From: Phoronis australis
Taxonomy: Eukaryota; Animalia; Phoronida
DNA length: 64,000 bases
Reading direction: 5' to 3'
Assembly (NCBI GenBank): GCA_002633005.1
Contig: NMRA01000001.1
Location: forward strand, 4,271,180 to 4,335,179
In this document: piece after piece, positions 50,501 to 59,586 of the stretch
Numbering within the stretch: position 1 is the first letter of the stretch
How the letters are laid out: every line of letters starts with the position of its first letter
Position numbers and translations under genes: made by a program
The notes under the pieces: generated by a model
The model's input: the letters and a program-made list of their open reading frames with translations, nothing else
Databases searched by the model: none
Told to the model about the DNA's origin: nothing

Positions 50501-52186
50501 GGAGCAGACCTTGGCATAATGGTTAGTGATGCATCAGTCTGTACTGTCCAACAGAGGTCAGGCCTTGACGTGACAAGTAATTGTATACCGACAAGTAGTG
50601 ACTCGTCAACCAATACTGTCCAACAGAGGTCAGACGTTAGTAACTTAACTGAGCATGTGACGACACAAGGTCACAAACAGAGGAAAGGAATGTCTCAGTT
50701 GGAGCGCTTGTTGAAAGCAGACACTGGTCATAGTGCCCAATGTTCTCCAAACACAGATCATAGTGCAGACTGTGTAACAAGGAGCAGTAGCAGTAGTAGT
50801 ACTAGTGCGACCACTAGGGGGCAGCAGGAATCTCTGCTCCAAGGACTTTTAGCTGGTCAAGTCAAACCGGCTGAGGCACACTGTGTAGCGGTTAATGAGA
50901 ACGCTCCGTCTTTTCAATTTAAGGATACATCCAGTGATGTCCCTGCAACAGTCCATATGATGGATGACTGTAGTCTCAGCAGTCAGGATCACAAGATTTC
51001 TAGTTTAGGTCTATCTTTGGATGATGTGAATATGTGTGTTGATATACCGGAGTACTCAGACTGGCGAGAACTGCTTGGTCCACTCAGCCCTCGCAGTCAG
51101 GTAAGACAATATTCTAAGCAATCACTGACTGACTGCAGAATGCACTATGGCAGCCAATTATTGACTATATAGAATGCACATTGCTACCCAATCAATGACT
51201 GAGTATAGAATGCAAAATGCCAATTAATGACTAGTATAGAATGCACCATGCCAGCCAATCATTGACCGAGTATAAAGTGTACCAAGTTGGGAATTTAAAA
51301 AAAAATGAAGTTGGACACTAGTTGCATGTAAGTACATATATTTCAACTTCATGATAGTGTCGTTCCTTTGATACATTCAACAAAAGTTGTTAAACCTCAT
51401 AGAAGGGTCATCGTAAACAGCTGCTCCCCAACTTGAGTTTATATCAAGAGCATCTAATGCAGGCACAGAACAATTCACCAACAAAACGTGTTTCCCTGAA
51501 AAACAACTTGTTCAAGAACTTCTAATGCCTTTTTAAGCACACATATTTTGTTTCATGTGCTGAGAACTTAGCTCTCGAATATTCTTTTGGGTTAACCTAA
51601 CTGTAGTCAGAATTTTCTTAGCAAAACATTGTTGTTGGGCCTTGTGATTGAAAGGCGCAACTCAGCCATGTTGTGCGAGTGCCTATGCGGTAGCTTAGTT
51701 GATGACCTGGCATGTGGAACCCACTTCCAGGTTGACCTCTGCACCCAAACGCACATCAGAAATTGCATCCACTCACCCAGTAGTCGGAGAACTTTACAGA
51801 TATGTCAGCCCACAAGCAGACTCTCTCTCTCTCTCGCCTCCCTACACATAACCAAAAGTAAACAATACCACTTGAACTGCTCTTGCGCTTTGTCTCATGC
51901 GTTGGAGCCATCTTTTCTTGCTTGTGGCTGTGCGCATTAGGAATGTGATAGGACTCTTATGAGTGGAATAAATAGACTAGAATTGACATGGAGCTGTCCA
52001 GCATGATTTTAGGAATCCTCACATCATTTATTATTATTATGTAATCATGTTATTGTTGATGATGTTATTCACTCATTTCTTGTTTCTCTAATCCAGGCTT
52101 TGGTTGAGGAAGCTGTGTTCATGATGGATGAAGTAGACAGACAGGAGTCACAGACTCGTGCTTACTGGAGTGAACCACCAACATAA
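19190..52186 (+). CDS. Divergent HIF-alpha-like (class I bHLH-PAS) transcription factor, ~930 aa; exons 19190-19206, 22924-23001 (possible cassette), 34156-34370, 35217-35392, 43422-43548, 43771-43868, 44164-44333, 45595-45701, 45933-46077, 46615-46742, 47089-47352, 47712-47964, 50176-51100, 52097-52186
   Basis: bHLH: [41 protein letters not shown]: [58 protein letters not shown]: [57 protein letters not shown]. All 14 exons join in phase to 2793 nt ending in TAA. PAS exons are secure; exons 1, 2 and 10-14 rest on splice signals and phase continuity. Confidence 0.85.
22125..22317. repeat. Tandem repeat, 64-bp unit x3, near-identical
   Basis: CAATTGTAGCACAGGTATTAACAA at 22131, 22195 and 22259. 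Confidence 0.9.
22397..24031. repeat. Degenerate inverted-repeat pair (arms ~22397-22630 and ~23780-24031), likely transposon-derived, flanking exon 22924-23001
   Basis: Blocks shared in opposite orientation: TGTAGTTAATTA.ATTG.CTCA.GTTGCTG.TGTTAT, GACAATAGTATTTTT, TGT.ACTTTTACAACCTAAAA. The left end is preceded by TTAA. Confidence 0.75.
27245..27666. mobile_element. PIF/Harbinger-like MITE, copy 1
   Basis: Ends ...GCTGTTTACTC and GTCTAAACGGGACT (imperfect TIR). Aligns end to end with 27875-28304. Confidence 0.55.
27875..28304. mobile_element. PIF/Harbinger-like MITE, copy 2 (diverged direct repeat of 27245-27666)
   Basis: Shares GGTGACAACTTTTGCCACCCGTTTGTGAGGT and CAAAAGTTGATGTCTAAACGGGACTA with copy 1. 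Confidence 0.55.
29315..30240. mobile_element. hAT-like non-autonomous element
   Basis: TIR CAGGCCTTTATCCAG / CAGGACTTTATGCAG (13/15). 8-bp TSD ATATCATG / ATCTCATG. Confidence 0.6.
31790..32570 (+). repeat. Same composite repeat family, copy in intron 2 of the bHLH-PAS gene
   Basis: Aligns by eye with 3780-4200 (TTTTTGGTGTCCACC, AACCACTCTAAGGAT) and with 4720-4790. Confidence 0.55.
33224..33947. mobile_element. Foldback MITE with ~300-bp TIRs and 8-bp TSD (P-superfamily-like CACAG terminus)
   Basis: CACAGGCGTCCTCAGCTTCTGATC... is mirrored at 33947 and the arms pair over roughly 300 bp. TSD ATCATAGC at 33216-33223 and 33948-33955. Confidence 0.88.
36056..38507 (-). mobile_element. Full-length piggyBac DNA transposon (2452 bp) in intron 4 of the bHLH-PAS gene
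   Basis: TTAA at 36052-36055 and 38508-38511. 13-bp TIRs CCCTTATCCTGCT / CCCTAATCCTGCT (1 mismatch). Encloses the transposase ORF. Confidence 0.93.
36458..38227 (-). CDS. piggyBac transposase (PGBD4-like), 589 aa
   Basis: Acidic N-terminus, ETNRYA, MSRDRF, three catalytic Asp motifs (VSVDES, YMDNRF, DVDIADQ), C-terminal cysteine-rich domain [20 protein letters not shown]. Confidence 0.93.
   Translation of the reverse strand: MAEARRNRMTVEQFYEEVFMDSDSENELELALESDGDCDGEANTTVTSNADSINSDLGAILNKLPIPESELGGAYDDAWLMPFTHNTGPLKHDGTHSELDIFCDIFTDELFIIMTNETNRYARQYIEQLGGVEVLRTYSRVKRWVEVDAVEMRAFVAILILMGIDRRANYEQYWTTDGFLEMSGFRNVMSRDRFLLILQFFHLVDNNEMLPRDHPQYDRIFKVRSLMNIVIPAWQGAFHPGREVSVDESIIPFKGRSYMVQCCQNKPHRWGLNTWVLADARTRYTWNWDLYAGKQGVQRPEHRVMYGVVTDICRPLYGLGHHVYMDNRFASPVLFDELARQGCGACGSFSVNHQGVPDAVKQAQRTIKKDDPATVVHHGEKMFVVWKDKRTVSVLSTVHDDSTFMKRVRARNAPENHREVIKPCAIELYTKYMDVDIADQHMWYFLTLHRAVKWWKKAYIALQEVSLDNALIIFREVNASHTTPQRFRLNVVKGLLANYSRNRAVLRPIRNVPSRLTERHFIEINPTKTSSGRQSFPDCAVCSNRKVKRHQTEYRCKQCRIAMCPHPCFKLFHTKLNFKTDCCKQLHQS
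38692..42281. mobile_element. Non-autonomous TA-flanked TIR element (Tc1/mariner-pogo-like), ~3.6 kb
   Basis: TA|CGGTAAAGTCGCGCGATTTT ... AAAATCGCGCGACTTTACTG|TA (19/20 inverted match). Repeated subterminal TTCGGAC-like motifs at both ends. No recognisable transposase ORF. Confidence 0.7.
44618..44733. mobile_element. Tiny hAT-like MITE (116 bp)
   Basis: TIR CAGTGTTCGA / CAGCGTTCGA. 8-bp TSD GACACAGA / GACACAAA. Confidence 0.6.
46112..46259. repeat. Compound (CA)n/(CG)n microsatellite
   Basis: Nearly uninterrupted alternating purine-pyrimidine tract. Confidence 0.9.
46795..47075. repeat. Minisatellite, ~70-bp unit x4, filling intron 10
   Basis: Repeated GATATGTGAAGTTGACCAGTGTTTGTAA.TGAGTTA variants. 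Confidence 0.8.
48290..48830. repeat. Degenerate ~19-bp tandem repeat (GGGTCATGTTATACAC)
   Basis: Many consecutive GGTCATGTTAT variants; explains the spurious ORFs at 48284-48902. Confidence 0.85.
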
Positions 52187-52855
52187 CATGACTCACAGGA
52201 GCCGCGTCAGGGGTACTTGGCACTTGACATCGAGTGGCACTTACTGGAGTGAACCAACATCATAACATTTGAATCACTTGATTTCAGACTCTTGAAAAGT
52301 TCTGTGAGATGGTATTCGGTGCATTTCTTTCAAAGACACTTAGGGAACTAACCAGCTGGACTGATAGTTTTGCTGAACCTAGACTCCAGCTCAGCTGACC
52401 ATTGTGTATACATGGTGACCTAAGCCACTGTGTAAGATGGATGGCTGGTGTCAACGTTCAGCCTTAACAATATTACCATAACCACTTGTGCTGGAAGTGG
52501 GGCTGTCAATTGAGTATCTTGGTTGTATATCCTTCTTCCGTGTCCAATACCCAAAACTTCACTTCCCCTCGTTTCAAGTATTTTCTTTCCTAGCTCAAAG
52601 AATTCACTGTGTGTTGTCGGTGGGATTTTGAAGCTGCTATAATCATCTTGTTAATGAAAAAACATACTTTACGATTTAAACTATTGTCCGTAATGAAATT
52701 TGTCTCAAGTTGCTCCTTTGCCTGACACAAGCTGACTTATTATGGCAGAGCTGGGTCTTGAGCAAAAACTCTGAAATCATATCTCACCTGAGCAATTTGT
52801 GACCAGTTATTATAGTGGAATGTTATGGTGTAAATCAAACCTTGGTTTTCTTTAA

Positions 52856-53233
52856 AGGATACTAAACCCTGTTTTGATGATTTTTACCAATCACTTTTCT
52901 GTCCCCAGCTAATGCATCAATTGCCTTTCAAGTGTTATAAAAGTATGATTTAAATGAAACTACATACTCACTGTGTCGTCATGGTACTGGATAGGCAGAC
53001 TTTCCCTTGGGTTGTTGGTTGCCGGTTGTCATTTGATTCTCCTGAAGGGTGTGTCACGCTTGTGTTTTTGGCAGACTTTGTATGGAATTTTTAAAATTAA
53101 CTCCAAACTTTTACAGTGTGACAAAGTTACAGAGCACTACTTTGTTTTTGACAGCTGTGTGCGAGACTCTTTTTAATATTAAAATATGTTACCTTTTTTA
53201 ATTAAAATGGGCCAGAACGGGGTTTGGTATCCT
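52856..53233. mobile_element. TTAA-flanked MITE (Kolobok-like)
   Basis: AGGATACTAAACCCTGTTTTG versus reverse complement AGGATACCAAACCCCGTTCTG. TTAA on both sides. Confidence 0.6.
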
Positions 53234-53730
53234 TTTAATGAAACACAGCTTTTATAGCAGCCTTCTTGGTAACGTTTTTAAAGGGCTTGGAAGCAGCCAG
53301 TTTTAATGTCAAACATTATTTTCTGGATTTGGATTTCCAATAGATTATTGCTCTTTTATCCTTTGCTTGAGTTGAAATTGTTCTCAATAAAGTGTCTGGA
53401 TAATTATGCATACTGCTTTTCCTCTGGTGGTAAAACGTCTCATCTGGCTAGGTCCCAGTTGATAACACGTCTTCCTAATCTCTGGTCCTTATAATGTTTT
53501 GTCCTAGGCACAACATGCACTTCTCACCACCCAGCTGCCCACTAAGTTCTCCATTTCGCCCTACCAACTCCAAACCTGGCATCGATTACTAGTACTCGGC
53601 TGGGGTTCCCAGATCTCACTAAGCGTATTCAGTGAATACGGGGCTGATTTCGAACAGGGTCCAGATTGACTGTTGCAATCCAAATTAATTTGAAAAAATT
53701 AAGAATAGCTGAAAATAATAGAGACATCAG

Positions 53731-54133
53731 GGCCCGGTCTCTAATCTTTGTACTCGAAACAAACTCGAAATTATTTTTGGCAATTTCTCTGCTCCTTTTG
53801 TGCGAACTTAAGATAATTGGTTATCAGACTGTGCTCGAATACATTATAGTTTATGCATAGGAGTTTCTGGTTCAAGTTTGCCCTTGAAGGCCCTTATATT
53901 CGTGCTACAAACTCGAGTAAAAACTCGAAATTTCGAGTTGAAACTCGAACTTATTGCTTTAATAAAGAGTTTACAAACTGTGAACTAAGGGCAATAAATT
54001 ATCTACGTAAGTTATTGTGTACTCGAGCATAGAATAATAGACACTTATCTTGAGTTCGCCCAAAAGTAGAGTGTAGAAAATGCCAAACCTAATTTCGAGT
54101 TCCATTTCGAGTAAAAAGATTGGAGACAGTGCC
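53731..54133. mobile_element. PIF/Harbinger-like MITE
   Basis: ~40-bp imperfect TIR GGCCCGGTCTCTAATCTTTGTACTCGAAA / GGCACTGTCTCCAATCTTTTTACTCGAAA. 3-bp TSD CAG. Internal AACTCGA repeats. Confidence 0.7.
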
Positions 54134-56312
54134 CAGGGCTTTCTTGTTTTTTATTTTAAATATCCCTACTTCTTAAGGGTCCAACTCAGAGCTGGCTCTA
54201 ATAATGAAATCAATTGCCTGTTTTTGTGTTTTTGTGAAATTGCACAACCTTTTATGTAAAAGGGGCATTTCCAGTGAGAAAAGTACTTTATAATTAACAG
54301 CTCAGGAGGAGCTGAACGCCTCACCGTTGAGCCACATCCCACGTATCAAACAGCGGAGTGTTAAGGCCTATTCAAATGGTAAAGACAGGGGCCTTGATTT
54401 CAGCTAATATCTGTTAGACAACGGCGAGGATTAGCGACTTATAATAAAATCACAAAAACAACAGATTTTCTGTTTTATAGTTTTGTTCAGAAGTTCACGA
54501 CGGCGTTCTCCCGTTCAGTGACGTAGAGGCCGGTTGTGAGCGTGTGATAACATCTAGCTTCTTTGTTAACTGCCAAGCACAAGTTTTGTCTGGCAGGCTT
54601 ATTACAGACCACGTGTGAACACAGTCAAACCCACATTCGGAAAGGATAGATTGTCTAACTTCGGTTGTGGTTGGGCGATTTTGTCGATTCAAAATCTAAA
54701 CATGATCAGCATTTCACTAAGAATTCAGAAATGCTATTGGTTTATATTCAAATATGTTATAACTTCACTTTTATTTTTAACAGCACAGCCCAATCAGGCT
54801 ATATATAGATGCGATCTTATTGGATATTAGAGCAAATATCGAACAAAAGAGAGCTGGCCCTCGAACCATAAATGCCAGAATGGAGTTAATCAGTCGTGTA
54901 AGATATTGGCTACAGGGGTCATCATCCCAACTTGTTGTTGGGCTATAGAATCAAACAAGTTTGGAGCAACGGGAAAACGCCGTTTTAAGTTATATTAATA
55001 TAATTTTTGGAAAAATCGTAAGTTTATACCATCCAACAACAACCCCAAAATTAGTTTTTTAGCTGTTAAAACGATAACGCCTCTTTAAGGAGAGTCAACT
55101 TTTGATGGAATTAGCTATCACTCTTCTCCATTTTTAGCCTTTCGTAATAAAGGCGCCTCCTTTCAGGCGGAGTTCTCTTTTAAAAGGGGCAGCCTCACGG
55201 CTGGTGCTAGGCGCTAGTCTCTTATGAGTCCAGCACTGTCAACTACATACAAGGGGATCGAAGTACGTAAAATTTCAAATTGGTTAAGAAAACATAGAAC
55301 ATGTCCATGTGAAACACAGTAGCGTCAAAACATGCAGTCCAACAAATCAAAAGTGTGAATTTGTATAGAAGGAAAAACAATAAAAAGCATGAACGTATGG
55401 AGAACTTGAAGACTGCCATTTGTAAATGACACAAAGCCAATATTTCGATAAAAATGTACTTTTTCCTAAAGAGTGTTTCTATTGAAGATCGTTATGAGGA
55501 AACCATTATTGAAGAAGGGGTTGTTGTTCGTAGGAAATTCGGACATGTCAATCAATCTGTAGGGGGTGTCGATTTTTCATGACCGCGCGGCGCACCGTGT
55601 ACATATCTAACGGATTAAATTGCTCGAAATACATGTGGCAGTTGTGAAACCCGAGGAAGATTTCTGTGATTTTTGGAGTGCACTTTAACTCATAAATCGT
55701 TAGGAGAGGGCGACAAAGCCCCCGCAGGATGACCCTTCTTTCATGTACTCGGTTGCCCGTCAAGCACATGTAGGCCTACCTGCGCGCATACCTTCGGGAA
55801 TTGCCTACAAATTTCATACAATGAATTTAAATTCTAGTAATCTGCAAGTGCTCATAGGTTTCGGGTTTACAAATTTAGGTAGGCCTATCTGTAAAAATCG
55901 TCTGTTCATGGACGCCAAGCTTGCAAGAAATTGAGGATGCTTCATTGAACTTAGACTGAGCTGAACTTTTGGACTGCCACTAACCCTCACCCAACCTCAT
56001 CTTTGTCATTGGGCATTTTTAAGATAGTACTTTTTAAAATTGGGCTAGAGGGTTGCCTCCAAAGCTTAATTGCTGTACGAGGACAAAGTCGCCACTCGAT
56101 AGCTCAGCGAGACCCCTACAAGGGCTGGGGTCCTTAAATGTGAAAGGATGTGTAATTTCAAATCAGGAAATAAGCACCAACTGGTGCTACCACTTTCAAG
56201 AAATAACGAGTGAAAGCTCGGCAGATATGACTCTCGGCTCGCATCAGAATGGTTCCCTGACGTAACCAGGGCTTGGAATTTTCCTCTTTTAAGAGGATTT
56301 CCTCTTTTTTGG

Positions 56313-58021
56313 TTTCGATTTCCTCTTATTTGATTTCCAGTTTCCTGTTTTTCGTCTTTTTATCATTATTTTGACTTTGTTCATGCAAAAACTTTATTTC
56401 AGTTGAATTTTACAACACAAAAATATTTACATCACATAAGCCTATGTATTTGTGGAATAATACATCACCTGGAAAATTTTCCTCATTTTTGTCATTGCCA
56501 CTCCAAGCCTTGCATAACATTGTATTAATGTCGTGATGGACCCGCCGTCAGGAGTTTGAAGGCGGACAGTCAGAAAACCACAAGTCCGACCGTTCGATTA
56601 CTCTTTATGGTACCTCTCTGACAGCGTTACGAGTTACCTAGAGAAGCATTTATCACCCTTTTAAGTTTGTGGACGCAAACAGAGCCGACATTTGAATTCC
56701 TCATAAACATTTGAGTGTAGAGCTTCTTTCTTTTTAAAAATTGACCAATTTCTTGCCACAGGATAGCTTTCGGATCAGCAAATTTGGTTGTCTATCCAAT
56801 AGTCAAACTGATCAGACGTAATTACCATGTTTTATTACCCACATGTTTTATTACCCACACCTCAGATGTGGAGACCGGACAAACTCAGGCATACCGGTAT
56901 TCAGATCAGTGATAATCACGGGTGAGAAACAACATGACCGCCGGTCCTCTAAACAGGACCTCCGGGGATCAAATGGGACCGCCGCACCAGAAAATGGGAC
57001 TGACGCACCCAAAAACATGACCGCCCCACCACAAAACAGGACCGCCGGGGACTGAGTAGTTAAGGCCTTTGTGTGATACTGCGGGTTATGACGTAACCGG
57101 TCAGATAGCTGTGTAAAGACTATCGCCAAAATAAAGCTTGACAGCCTTGCGTTATTGAGCTCCGTTACATCCCCGACATTGCCCACAGCCCGGGTAGTTC
57201 TGCTCGTCACCTCGTCGTGGAACTTACATCAACATGTAGTAGAGCGCGCGACCGATGCAGGCGCATGCAAAATCTAGGCGTCAACCAACACTCACCTTGC
57301 AGTTTGCAACCGCTTGAGTGAAAAACAATCTAATGAACTGTTGTAATAATAAGTGACATGTGCACGCGCCATTTCCTCAGAAAAATTTTGAGACATCTTT
57401 CGAAAGATGATNTTTCGATTTCCTGTTATCTGATTTCCAGTTTCCTGTTTTTCGTCTTTTTATCATTATTTTGACTTTGTTCATGCAAAAACTTTATTTC
57501 AGTTGAATTTTACAACACAAAAATATTTACATCACATAAGCCTATGTATTTGTGGAACAATACATCACCTGGAAAATTTTCCTCATTTTTGTCATTGGTC
57601 ACTCCAAGCCTTGCATAACATTGTATTAATGTCGTGATGGACCGTCAGGAGTTTGAAGGCGGACAGTCAGAAAACCACAAGTCCGACCGTTCGATTACTC
57701 TTCATGGTACCTCTCTGACAGCGTTACGAGTTACCTAGAGAAGTTAGATCTTTTGATTGCATTTATCACCCTTTTAAGCTTGTGGACGCAAACAGAGCCG
57801 ACATTTGAATTCCTCATAAACATTTGAGTGTAGAGCTTTTTTCTTTTTAAAAATTGACCAATTTCTTGCCGCAGGATAGCTTTCGGATCAGCAAATTTGG
57901 TTGTCTATCCAATAGTCCCACTGATCAGACGTAATTACCATGTTTTGTTACCCACATGTTTTATTACCCACACCTCAGATGTGGAGACCGGACAAACTCA
58001 GGCATACCGGTATTCAGATCA
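56313..58021. repeat. Near-identical ~600-bp direct duplication (56313-56908 and 57413-58021) across a single N
   Basis: Copies align from TTCGATTTCC to GGTATTCAGATCA with few SNPs or indels. N at 57412. Confidence 0.85.
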
Positions 58022-59586
58022 AAATGGCGCGTCCAATGTATATATACCCTGAAATAGCGTTTTATGGAATGCAACCTTTTTTGCTTATTGAGTTTAAAAA
58101 TCTAAACCAATTTTCTCTAATAAAGTATGTACATAACAGCTTGTTACTGAGTTTTCTAGGACTATGCGTGAGAAGAATAGGCCTACGCTTTCAATGGTGC
58201 GATCGAGTTCAGACGACTTACACTACAAGAACTGGCCGGTGCCAGCAGGGCCATGAATAGTGTAAATCCAGCACTTATAAATGTTCTCTTAAAATTTGTC
58301 TCTTCTACATGCTATACTCCCAGATGTGGATGTCTTTGCTCGACCGGCTCAGCCGGCTAAACAAACTGTCTATATCTACCCATCTATCTGAAAAGTCAAG
58401 AATCCGGCCTCGGATGCTCACGCATGCGCGACGCAATCTTTCATAAAGTTCATGGTTCAGAGCTTCAGTGAGCCGAGCACTTCTTGACTGAGGTATGTAC
58501 ACTTAAGGGTCTGCATTTATTCAGTAGATTTAGTTGACGCGAGAACCTCGCGAAAGCGCAAGATCACACAAGACTTCGTGAAATACCTACCTAGGTCCAC
58601 AACATCGCCATGCATTACAAGCGAAGCACGTGTATAGCGAGATTTTTGCAAAGTGTACTGAACTCTACCCTGTACTGTAGTACTTTGCTCCTACCAAATG
58701 CCCCACCCGTCAACCTCTGTTGTCTCTATTTTACAACGAAAAGTGTTTCAAGTAAATGATAGACTGAACATGTGATATACAATGCTGCAAAGCCTCGAAG
58801 GTGTCACCGGCTTAGCACTAGTAAATTGGCGATTTAAATAAAATCACTGATCGAGTGATAGTTTACCTTGGCTCGATGGTCATAGATAGCCTACTTTAAC
58901 CTGACGTCACAAGGTCTGTCGGGCTGCGTTGTCTCGTGTCAGCTAGCGTTTTATGTGTTACGCGTAGCTGTGTAGGCTATGGTCAAAATATTTAGGTCGC
59001 TTTTTACAAAGGCTTAGTTGGATGCGACCCATTCGTTTTCACGCACCCCTGTCATTTCCATAGCGCTACTTTTAACTAGCCAATTCTATCAATAGCGTTT
59101 TTTTTCTTAAAAATATCACCGAGGTTTTCGGCTGTTTATTTGGGTATAAAGTTGAGAGTGTCTGCACGAATACGCCGTAATCGAAAGGTTTGGTTCCTTA
59201 GTATTAGGAGGCACGTAACGGAGACATTGTGCCGTGCCCTTCTGCATAAAATTTGGCGTGTTCTTCGGAACAATTTCACTCTCATTCTGTAAATATTCTC
59301 CTAGCAGCTTTCAGTTTTTGTTCGCGGACAGTTTGGTTCCGTAACCACTGTGTCCACTTAATGATATAAAGATAACAAACATGGTTACAGTAGGCCGCCG
59401 TTCTGCAAATCCGGCCGCCAACCGTGAACTCACTCGTTGTACGGTAGTCGATATTGATGTATGAGCCAGGGGCTCTTTTCTTTGACTATAAAATAACAAT
59501 GACAAAAGGAGTAGGTATGGCGCCCAAATCCTTCGCCAGCAACTTAAAGATATTTGCATCCCGATGTTCTGTCAACACCGTGATAA

